A stretch of DNA of 12,696 nucleotides from Phycisphaerales bacterium (lineage in GTDB: Bacteria > Planctomycetota > Phycisphaerae > WQYP01), in the NCBI GenBank assembly GCA_027451365.1, contig DAIDJN010000027.1:1-12696 (forward strand). Reading direction: 5' to 3'. Under the pieces are notes generated by a model, which was not told the DNA's origin, did no database searches, and saw only the letters and a list, made by a program, of their open reading frames with translations. The position numbers and the translations under genes were made by a program. This document shows, one piece after another, positions 1 to 7,191 of this stretch. Numbering within the stretch: the stretch's first letter is position 1; the number at the start of each line of letters is the position of its first letter.

Positions 1-1
1 T

Positions 2-424
2 TGGTACGAGGAAGCTATCCGGGAAATTCCCGGCGGCCTCGTTACCCAGGCACAGGCGGCTAAAATGCTTAACCTTAGCCGGATGGCCGTTTCAAGGCTT
101 ATCACCAGAGGCCATTTGCGAGCTGTCCATTTTCCACAACAGACCAATGTCGAAGGGCTTAAGGTATCAAACGACGACCCTTTTTGGCTTAAGCTTATGG
201 CGGAGCTTGACCCGGTATTTGGAGACGACAGCGCTGCCCGCATCACATGGCCGGAGGCATGTTACGTATCATTCGCAGACATCAAAAAGCTATACTCCGA
301 TGCCAAACTCGCCGACAAATGCCGGATAAACTGGCACAAGGTATTCCATGGACCACAGGCGGCCAAGGACGGCCAAATCTCCACAGCGGCCCCGAAGTCG
401 AGAAAGGCCGGTGCGCCGTCATGA
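2..424 (+). CDS. Helix-turn-helix (excisionase/MerR-like HTH_17-type) DNA-binding protein, 5' truncated
   Basis: The frame is open from base 2 (WYEEAIREIPGGLVTQAQAAKMLNLSRMAVSRLITRGHLRAV), which matches the xis-like HTH pattern, so the ATG at 65 is internal. The stop overlaps the next start (ATGA at 421-424). Confidence 0.7.
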   Translation, partial: WYEEAIREIPGGLVTQAQAAKMLNLSRMAVSRLITRGHLRAVHFPQQTNVEGLKVSNDDPFWLKLMAELDPVFGDDSAARITWPEACYVSFADIKKLYSDAKLADKCRINWHKVFHGPQAAKDGQISTAAPKSRKAGAPS

Positions 425-624
425 ACGATCCCGCCCCTCAACCAGCACTGCTCACGATTCCCGAGGCCGCCGAGATGCTGCGCGTCAGCGTTCGCACCGT
501 GCACAACTTGCTTAGGGGACACGATTCAATTCCCTTCGCGAAAATAGGGCATCGCGTTGTGATTGCCCGCGAAGATATTCTGAAATATGTGGACAGGCAC
601 ACCAACAGGCAGGGAGTTCATTAA
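421..624 (+). CDS. Excisionase / recombination directionality factor (HTH_17 family), 67 aa
   Basis: LLTIPEAAEMLRVSVRTVHNLL...IPFAKIGHRVVIAREDILKYV is a typical xis-family signature. ATGA coupling to the upstream gene; ends 2 nt before int. Confidence 0.88.
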   Translation: MNDPAPQPALLTIPEAAEMLRVSVRTVHNLLRGHDSIPFAKIGHRVVIAREDILKYVDRHTNRQGVH

Positions 625-626
625 CC

Positions 627-2597
627 ATGGCCAGCCTGCAGCAGGAATCAAAGGGACATTGGCGGATCAAGTTTACCGACGGCCATAAGGGGCAGAGCAT
701 CCGATTGGGCTTCTGCGACAAGAAATCCGCACAAACAGCCCTGGCCTTTATTGAAAGACTTATCGCCACAAGGCGACTTGCCGTCACTCCGGATGGCGAA
801 ACGATCGGATGGATGAACCGCCTGGACGACACGGTCCACCGAAGGCTTGTACGGGCTGGGCTTGCAACGCCGAGAGAATCCAACGGATGCGAAACTCTCA
901 AGCAACTTACCGATAAATTTACCGCCACCACCGCCTGCAAGGACGCAACCGCCGTTTTCTACAGCCATACCGTCCGAAACTTGCTCACATATTTCACCAA
1001 CAGGCCGGTAAATGCCATCACTGCCGCCGCGGCTGACGATTTCCGCGTGTGGATGGCCCAAGATCAGAACCTCGCAATCGCCACGGTAGCTCGCCGCGTA
1101 ATCGCCTGCCGCACGATCTGGAACAAAGCTATCCGATGGGGCATGGCCAAAGAAAATCCGTTTACGGGCGTTAAGGCCGGTCTGCAGGCCAACGAGGCCA
1201 GAAAGCAATTCGTGCCCGCGGCAAAGGTCCAGCAGATTCTAGACAATTGCCCCGACCCGCAATGGCGGCTGATCGTCGCATGTTCGCGATTCGGAGGGCT
1301 TCGCATCCCCTCGGAGATCATGACGTTGCGCTGGCAGGATATCCACTGGAATGAGTGTTATTTCACGGTCCGATCCCCCAAGACGGAGCACCACGCGGGC
1401 GGAGCCTCCCGCTCCGTTCCACTGTTTCCGGAAATTCGCCGGGAATTGCTTAGCTGCAAGGCCCACGCCGGCCCGGCGGACGAATACGTCATAACAGGGG
1501 GGCGACGCTTAAGCGCCAACCTGAGAACCCAATTTGAGCGCATCGCCAAACGCGCTGGCGTTAAAGTGTGGCCCAAGCCGTTCCACAATATGCGTGCAAG
1601 CCGCCAAAGCGAACTGATGGCAGAATACGGCCTGTCCACCGCCTGCCAATGGCTGGGCAATAGCCCTGTTGTGGCCGCCCGGCATTACGCCGTTTCAACT
1701 GATCTCAATGGCGATTTCCGCAGGGCATCCGGAATCCCGGAACCCGGCCCAAATTCCGGCCCATTTCCGGCCCAAATTCCGGCCCCGCACGTAGCGGCAA
1801 CAAACTGCCACCAGATGCAACACGAGCACCAAACCACTGAAAATAAAGGGGATTTGCACTTAGCTGCCAAAACCTGCAATCTTGTGCAGACGGATCTTAT
1901 GGGCGTGCCAAGATTCGAACTTGGGACCTCGTCATTATCAGTGACGCGCTCTAACCAACTGAGCTACACGCCCGTTTTTTGCCCTTGCCGAATCACTGGA
2001 TGGGCGACTTGCTCGCCCCAGCTTGATCCGGTTTCATCCAGTTTCATTCGCCTTGGCAAAAACCAGAGCACGGTATCATGGCATTTCGACGGGCTGGTGT
2101 CAAGGCAAATTTGCCGACAGCAAAGCCCTTTCAGCCGTCGTCGGCTTTCGGCGGCAAAACTGGCCTCCAATGCTCGGAAACGCTACGATTCCCTAATGGA
2201 AAGCATCAGCTATCGCCTGAATATCGCCCTGGACCCGGCCGATATTATCCGCGTGTTTCGGGCTTCGGGAATTCATCGACCAACGGATGATCCAGCGAGA
2301 ATTTCCCGCATGTTCGGTCACGCTAATCTCACCTTTTCCGCGTGGGCCGGCGCGACACTTGTTGGGGTCTGCCGGGCACTGACGGATTTCAGCTATTGCT
2401 GTTATGTTTCCGATCTGGCGGTGGACAAGGCTTATCAGGGCCGCGGAATAGGAACCGGCCTGGTTGACCGCCTGCGTGCCGCCGTGGGTGAACAGGTATC
2501 CATTATTCTGGTTTCCGCACCTGACGCGGCGGGATTTTATCCGACCATCGGCTTTACCCCCATTGAATATGGGTTCATTATCCGAAGAAAAAAATAA
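627..2597 (+). CDS. Tyrosine recombinase/phage integrase (core ~aa 1-365); the ORF extends through att/tRNA and is in frame with the downstream GNAT
   Basis: RBS AGGGAG at 611-616. Catalytic pattern R226 (GLRIPSE), K252, H320-x-x-R323, N345 (LGNS in place of LGH), Y354. No stop until 2595-2597. Confidence 0.92.
   Translation: MASLQQESKGHWRIKFTDGHKGQSIRLGFCDKKSAQTALAFIERLIATRRLAVTPDGETIGWMNRLDDTVHRRLVRAGLATPRESNGCETLKQLTDKFTATTACKDATAVFYSHTVRNLLTYFTNRPVNAITAAAADDFRVWMAQDQNLAIATVARRVIACRTIWNKAIRWGMAKENPFTGVKAGLQANEARKQFVPAAKVQQILDNCPDPQWRLIVACSRFGGLRIPSEIMTLRWQDIHWNECYFTVRSPKTEHHAGGASRSVPLFPEIRRELLSCKAHAGPADEYVITGGRRLSANLRTQFERIAKRAGVKVWPKPFHNMRASRQSELMAEYGLSTACQWLGNSPVVAARHYAVSTDLNGDFRRASGIPEPGPNSGPFPAQIPAPHVAATNCHQMQHEHQTTENKGDLHLAAKTCNLVQTDLMGVPRFELGTSSLSVTRSNQLSYTPVFCPCRITGWATCSPQLDPVSSSFIRLGKNQSTVSWHFDGLVSRQICRQQSPFSRRRLSAAKLASNARKRYDSLMESISYRLNIALDPADIIRVFRASGIHRPTDDPARISRMFGHANLTFSAWAGATLVGVCRALTDFSYCCYVSDLAVDKAYQGRGIGTGLVDRLRAAVGEQVSIILVSAPDAAGFYPTIGFTPIEYGFIIRRKK
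1744..1785 (+). repeat. Tandem direct repeat of four CCGGCCC cores (candidate integrase arm-type sites)
   Basis: CCGGCCC at 1744, 1756, 1767 and 1779 with spacers AAATT/ATTT/AAATT, plus extra CCGG at 1729 and 1737. Lies about 115-155 bp from the tRNA 3' end. Confidence 0.75.
1796..1889 (+). promoter_or_regulatory. Helically phased TGC(A/C) repeats flanking an IHF-like site (candidate Xis/IHF sites of the att arm)
   Basis: TGC at 1806, 1816 and at 1855, 1865, 1875, 1885 (exact 10-bp period). CAAACCACTGAAA at 1830-1842 matches the reverse IHF consensus YAANNNNTTGATW with 2 mismatches. Confidence 0.5.
1900..1973 (-). tRNA. tRNA-Ile (GAT), CCA not encoded
   Basis: Minus strand reads GGGCGTGTAGCTCAGTTGGTTAGAGCGCGTCACTGATAATGACGAGGTCCCAAGTTCGAATCTTGGCACGCCCA: 7-bp acceptor stem, anticodon arm CGTCA-CTGATAA-TGACG, T-loop TTCGAAT. 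Confidence 0.97.
2075..2103 (-). promoter_or_regulatory. Sigma70-type promoter for tRNA-Ile
   Basis: Minus strand TTGACA-17 nt-CATGAT with a TG extended -10, about 100 nt upstream of the tRNA. Confidence 0.7.
2161..2189 (+). promoter_or_regulatory. Candidate promoter for a leaderless GNAT transcript
   Basis: TGGCCT-17 nt-TACGAT with the ATG (2196) 7 nt after the -10 box and no Shine-Dalgarno sequence. Confidence 0.45.
2196..2597 (+). CDS. GNAT family N-acetyltransferase, 133 aa (same frame as the integrase)
   Basis: LVGVCRALTDFSYCCYVSDLAVDKAYQGRGIGTGLV carries the acetyl-CoA motif A (QGRGIG), followed by AAGFYPTIGF. Complete single-domain size from MESISY. Confidence 0.92.
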   Translation: MESISYRLNIALDPADIIRVFRASGIHRPTDDPARISRMFGHANLTFSAWAGATLVGVCRALTDFSYCCYVSDLAVDKAYQGRGIGTGLVDRLRAAVGEQVSIILVSAPDAAGFYPTIGFTPIEYGFIIRRKK

Positions 2598-2699
2598 ATA
2601 ATGGCGGCCAGTCCGGAGCACTGCGGCGGCCGCAACAAATGGCCCAAAACCGGCGAACCGACCCATCAATGGCCGTCGCGCGCATCGGTTTTGCGCCTT

Positions 2700-5468
2700 T
2701 TATTCGTCCGCATCAGTTTGATCGCCGTCTAAATTCTTGCGATACACGCCTGAATACGCCAGATGCCATGTCAACAGCGGGCGAAGCACGAATACGGCCG
2801 AAAGATAAATGCACCCGATTCCAATGGCCATAATCAGACCCAGACTTGCAATTCCGCGATCGCGCGCCAGCGCCAGAAAACCGAAGCTGGAACAGGTGAC
2901 AAAAGCACACAAAAGAAGTGCCCGTTCGCTGACATCCCATAATCGCCAGACCCGCCGGGGATTATGCCGCGTTTCCCGATACCGGTGCATCATGAACACG
3001 CCATATTCATGACCGGCACCGATCAAAATGGGCATCGCGAAAAAATTGGCGAAATTCCACTGCAAACCGACCACGCCCATTAATCCAATCAGCATTGGCA
3101 ACCCAAGTGCCAGCACGCTGACGGTCGCCAGAGTCTGGCCGATATTGCGCAAATCCAGAAACACCAGAATAATCACCAGAACCAGCGCCATGATCGTGGC
3201 CGACACAAACGCCCGGCGAATGGCCCGCGTGGAATGAAATAACTGCACGGCAATCCCCGTCAGGTCCGCGTCCGATGCAACCAGCCCCGGATGCGTCCGG
3301 TCGCCCTGCAGAGCTACCACAAAATTGTGCAGCGCCCGTTGATGCCATAAATCGAAGCGCGGCGTTATATAAAGCGCATACGTGCCGTTGGCTGAAACAT
3401 AGTGGGACCGGATGGATGCCGGCAGCCGTGCAATATTCAGCGGTCCGGGCGAAAGCGTGTCGGCGAGCACATGCAATTCGCCCATAAACCGCATTTGCCA
3501 GGCGGTAAGCCGCTGGGCGGTCTGTTTTTGGGTTGTCGGCCCGTGCGACTGTGCCCGGCGAATCAGCCCGGAAAATGTGTGCAGATCGCGAACCGCCGCC
3601 TGGCCGGCGGAAGTTTCGGCCAGCGAAGCGGAATCGGAAAAATGAGAGGCCAGTGCATCGGCGGCAGTCGCAATTTCCGCAAGCTGCCCGGGTTGAATCT
3701 TGCGCGGAGTCCGCCATTGAATGGCCGCTATCGCGGTGGTGTGCTGTGCCAGAAACCTCTGTTTTTCCTGAGCATCCAGCAGGCTGCTGGTGGTCCGAAT
3801 GGTGCTGCCGGCAATTAAACTGTTCATGTTCAGCGTTTTGCGAATGGGGGAAAGTGCGGCGAGTGAATGCGAAAGCACCACGGCATACCAGGATGGCATT
3901 TCATGAACAAGTTCCACACTGGTCAGACCAGGTGCCTGCAAAGCCAGCAGATTCGGATTAAATCCGATCCGCAAGCCCAGGGGCAGCAGCGCAAACAGCG
4001 TTCCGACCCACAGTATCGGGCCAATGAAATAATGCCAGCCGGCCGCCGGGGCCGCGCGACGATCACTGTAGCGGGCCGAGGCGTGAACGCGCCGCAGCGG
4101 CGGGGGAAACAGCACCAGCAGTGCCGGCAGAACGGTATATCCCGCCAGAAGGCAAAGCAGCAGGCCACCGCCGCCAATAATGCCCAGTTCCGCATCTCCG
4201 CGAAAGCGGGTCAGCGTGGCTACAAAAAAAGCCCCCGCGGCCCCCAGGCATGCGGTAATAACCGGCGGGCTGACATACCGAAAAACCCTGGCCCAGATGG
4301 CTGTATTTCGTTCATAGCGTTTGGCTTCGCGCCGGTAGCGGATCAGGATTTGAATCAGATAATCCATGCCGATACCAATCAGGGCGATGACAAAAATGGT
4401 TGAAAGAAGGTTCAAGCGGCCTACCGTCAGTGTGGCGTAGCCAAAGGTCCAGGCGATTGCGATGGAAAGGGAAAAAGCGGCAAAAAAGGCCAGTCGCACC
4501 GATCGCAGCATGACGACAAGGCCCAGAAACACCACAATCATCGCGACAATTTCCGCCCAGTTGGTGTCATGCGTGGTGATGCGCATTTCATCCGCTGAAA
4601 GCACCGGCCGACCGGTTAAACCAACACGAAACAACGCCGAAAATGGTTGTGCCGCCGCCTTCATGGCGGCGTGAATTTTGACCAGCGGGGCGGAAACCGC
4701 CGCCAGCGAATCAAATGTAAATTTCGGATAGACCTTAATCAGCAGAATATGATGCCGCGGATTATCCGCCGGATGAATATAGTAATAGCCGAATGCCGCC
4801 GGCGTCTGTTCCACCGTTGGGCCAAGTGTGGAGATATCCGGCATGGGAATTCTGGTTGAACCCCTTGCCGGTTGCCGCAAAGTTGCGATCCAAGTGTGAC
4901 AAAGCTGTGTCACAAACGCGGCAGTTTGCGCGTCGGGTGGTCCGGCGGCGGCACCGTGCAGAAATCTGGCGATGCGGCTTTTTCCAAGCAGGCTGGTGAG
5001 AAACGTGGGGCGCGATCCCCAAAGCGCAAGCAGCGGCGCAAGCGTTCCAGAAAATGCGGCGGCTTGTTTCACCTGACGCCATCGGGCAAACAGCAGCGAC
5101 TGGGAACCAAGCTGTTGTAACGGCACGCGGTCATCCACGGAAGCCACACTGTTTGGCAACGCTTGCAGCCGCCGGGTTATCGCATTGGCCGCCGCGATCC
5201 ATTGGGCTGTGGTCGGCGGATGTGCCGGGTCAACGGGCTGCACCACAATAAAGGCGGCCTCATTTTCCGGAAACTCGTGAATAAAAGACAAATACTGGTG
5301 AAAAAAGGGAACTGTGGGTGAAAACAGTTTGTTTTCGTCAGTGGATACACGCAGGTATCGCGCCGCAAACAAAGCTGAAATACCCGCAAGAACTATCCCG
5401 ATTATCAGAACAGTCCGCGGGTAACGAATCAGTCGCAGGGAATGTTTAAGAATTTTTCGATGCGTCAT
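2700..5468 (-). CDS. hpnN: MMPL/RND family transporter, HpnN-like hopanoid transporter
   Basis: 922 aa with two repeats of periplasmic domain plus TM block. Motifs GLTGRPVLSADE, GIGMDYLIQ, NFANFFAMPILIG. Adjacent to an hpnO-like gene. Confidence 0.78.
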   Translation of the reverse strand: MTHRKILKHSLRLIRYPRTVLIIGIVLAGISALFAARYLRVSTDENKLFSPTVPFFHQYLSFIHEFPENEAAFIVVQPVDPAHPPTTAQWIAAANAITRRLQALPNSVASVDDRVPLQQLGSQSLLFARWRQVKQAAAFSGTLAPLLALWGSRPTFLTSLLGKSRIARFLHGAAAGPPDAQTAAFVTQLCHTWIATLRQPARGSTRIPMPDISTLGPTVEQTPAAFGYYYIHPADNPRHHILLIKVYPKFTFDSLAAVSAPLVKIHAAMKAAAQPFSALFRVGLTGRPVLSADEMRITTHDTNWAEIVAMIVVFLGLVVMLRSVRLAFFAAFSLSIAIAWTFGYATLTVGRLNLLSTIFVIALIGIGMDYLIQILIRYRREAKRYERNTAIWARVFRYVSPPVITACLGAAGAFFVATLTRFRGDAELGIIGGGGLLLCLLAGYTVLPALLVLFPPPLRRVHASARYSDRRAAPAAGWHYFIGPILWVGTLFALLPLGLRIGFNPNLLALQAPGLTSVELVHEMPSWYAVVLSHSLAALSPIRKTLNMNSLIAGSTIRTTSSLLDAQEKQRFLAQHTTAIAAIQWRTPRKIQPGQLAEIATAADALASHFSDSASLAETSAGQAAVRDLHTFSGLIRRAQSHGPTTQKQTAQRLTAWQMRFMGELHVLADTLSPGPLNIARLPASIRSHYVSANGTYALYITPRFDLWHQRALHNFVVALQGDRTHPGLVASDADLTGIAVQLFHSTRAIRRAFVSATIMALVLVIILVFLDLRNIGQTLATVSVLALGLPMLIGLMGVVGLQWNFANFFAMPILIGAGHEYGVFMMHRYRETRHNPRRVWRLWDVSERALLLCAFVTCSSFGFLALARDRGIASLGLIMAIGIGCIYLSAVFVLRPLLTWHLAYSGVYRKNLDGDQTDADE

Positions 5469-5581
5469 CTGCGTGCATCCAGATAGTCGCCGGTTGCCTG
5501 CCAGACGGCCTTAATTGCGGCAACCAGCCGTCGACCAAGTGGCGCGGGTATCAATTCACAGGCCCCAAAATAATGTCCAAA

Positions 5582-6967
5582 TCAGGCCCGGACCACATTT
5601 TTCGCCAGACCCATGACTGTGTTCCATGCCGCGCCGGGAATTCGTTGGGTGTCCGCCAGAACCGCTTCCATTGCGTGAAGGAACCAGTCCATATCCTCGC
5701 GCGTGGCGACAATGGGGGGAAGGAATTTAATCACTTCAGTATGGTAGCCCGCCACCTGGGTAAGTATATGGTGTTCCTGAAGCAATGGCACAATAATCAT
5801 CTGACCGAATACGCCGAAATTTAATTTATGCAGGGCATCCCACGCCAGCCGCAGTTTCATCGAATGTGTGGGGCGGGCAAAATCTATGCCGAACATCAGT
5901 CCTTTGCCGCGCACCTCGGATACAAATGGACAGGTTTTGCCGATTTCAGTCAGCCGGTTTATCGCATAACGGCCAAGCGTATCGGCATTTTCCACCAGTT
6001 TGTCTTCCTCAATGACCTGCATGGTGGCCAGAGCGGCGGCCATAGCCAGGTCATTCTGGCCGAAGGTGTTGGAATGCACGACGCAGCGTTCCATGGAGCT
6101 AAAGACGCAATCCATAATTTTCGGCCGCGTCACCACCGCGCCCACTGGCACAAAGCCGCCGGAAAGTCCCTTGGCCACGCACACAATATCCGGCTCCACT
6201 TCCGGCCAGTGTTGAAAGCAGAACCATTTGCCGGTGCGGCCCATGCCGGACTGCACTTCATCAATAATCAGCAATGTGCCGGCTTTGCGGCACAGGCGTT
6301 GTGCCGCCGCCAGATAGCCGTCGTGGACCACTTCACAGGTTTTGCCCTGAATCGGCTCGAGAATAAATGCGGCGACATCATGATTGGCCAGGGCCTGTTC
6401 AAGGGCGGCCAGGTTGTTAAAAGGAACCGCCGAAGTACCGGGCAGCAGGGGGCCGAAGCGGTCACGAAAAAACTCCGCGCCGTTCACCGCCAGAGATCCA
6501 GTTGTCAGGCCGTGAAAGGCATGTTCCACATACACTATTTTTTCGCGGCCGGTGGTGCAGCGGGCGAATTTGAGGGCGGTTTCAACAGATTCCGTACCGC
6601 TGTTGGTAAAAAATACGCGGGAAAGCCCCTCCGGCATGTGCGAAACCAGAGTTTTGGCCACCAGGCCGCTTAAGATACTGCAATCCATGCGGACCAGATT
6701 CGGGCTTGCCACATCCAGCAGTTCATGGAGAACCGCGCGGATTTTGGGATGATTCCTTCCCAGCATGAACACTCCCCAGCCGGTCAGAAGGTCCAGATAT
6801 TTGTTGCCATCCGGGTCCCAGAGGTAGCACCCTTCGCCGCGGACATAATTTTTGTCGAAACCAATGGTTTTAAGCATTTTAACAAAGGCGGGATTCACAA
6901 ACTGCTGATGCAGATCATACTGCAGTCCGCGATGTTTTTCGACCCGGGTCATAAATGTGTCAGACAT
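5582..6967 (-). CDS. hpnO: Class III PLP aminotransferase, HpnO-like (aminohopanoid synthesis)
   Basis: Motifs FFTNSGTESVE, AFHGLTTG, EPIQG, DEVQSGMGRTG, VAKGLSGG. The N-terminus LHQQFVNPAFVKMLKTIGFD resembles HpnO. Start moved to ATG 6967 (AGGA upstream). Confidence 0.78.
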   Translation of the reverse strand: MSDTFMTRVEKHRGLQYDLHQQFVNPAFVKMLKTIGFDKNYVRGEGCYLWDPDGNKYLDLLTGWGVFMLGRNHPKIRAVLHELLDVASPNLVRMDCSILSGLVAKTLVSHMPEGLSRVFFTNSGTESVETALKFARCTTGREKIVYVEHAFHGLTTGSLAVNGAEFFRDRFGPLLPGTSAVPFNNLAALEQALANHDVAAFILEPIQGKTCEVVHDGYLAAAQRLCRKAGTLLIIDEVQSGMGRTGKWFCFQHWPEVEPDIVCVAKGLSGGFVPVGAVVTRPKIMDCVFSSMERCVVHSNTFGQNDLAMAAALATMQVIEEDKLVENADTLGRYAINRLTEIGKTCPFVSEVRGKGLMFGIDFARPTHSMKLRLAWDALHKLNFGVFGQMIIVPLLQEHHILTQVAGYHTEVIKFLPPIVATREDMDWFLHAMEAVLADTQRIPGAAWNTVMGLAKNVVRA

Positions 6968-7191
6968 GCCAGAAAATCCTGTGTAACAACCGATCCATTC
7001 TTTAACGAAACTGATTATAGCGGGTTCAACTGCGTGCATCACGTCATTAAAAATCGCCAGTGGCGGCGGGACGGAATCCGGTGTTCGGGAATGGCATTCG
7101 CGTAAACCTATCGCGGGCCGGCGGCTTGCCAGCGCATGGAAACAAGTCGTATGATCAACCCGCCTTCAGGTGTCAGGAGATGGAATTTCCA

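Larger units (their letters stand above)
1..1940. mobile_element. Right end of a tRNA-targeting integrative element (prophage/genomic island); att site expected in the 3' half of tRNA-Ile
   Basis: HTH-xis-int cluster abutting the 3' end of an intact tRNA gene. The exact crossover cannot be fixed because the other att copy is outside the window. Confidence 0.85.

Noticed and set aside
19..33. Palindrome CCGGGAA-A-TTCCCGG resembling the arm-repeat core
   Set aside because: Single short instance inside a coding region; function cannot be supported.
247..420. N-terminal extension of the 247..624 ORF
   Set aside because: It overlaps the upstream HTH gene in another frame. The xis domain begins at ATG 421 with ATGA coupling.
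1744..1785. Possible CRISPR-like array
   Set aside because: Units are 11-12 nt with no unique spacers and there are no cas genes.
2196..2597. GNAT as a tRNA-acetylating toxin (AtaT/TacT/ItaT type), given the adjacent tRNA-Ile
   Set aside because: There is no adjacent RHH antitoxin, the sequence looks like a small generic GNAT, and it lies on the host side of att.
2598..2699. Bidirectional terminator between GNAT and hpnN
   Set aside because: Only weak or imperfect inverted repeats, without a convincing U-tract.
5828..6673. 281-aa plus-strand ORF and other ORFs opposite hpnO/hpnN
   Set aside because: Antisense shadows of well-supported genes.
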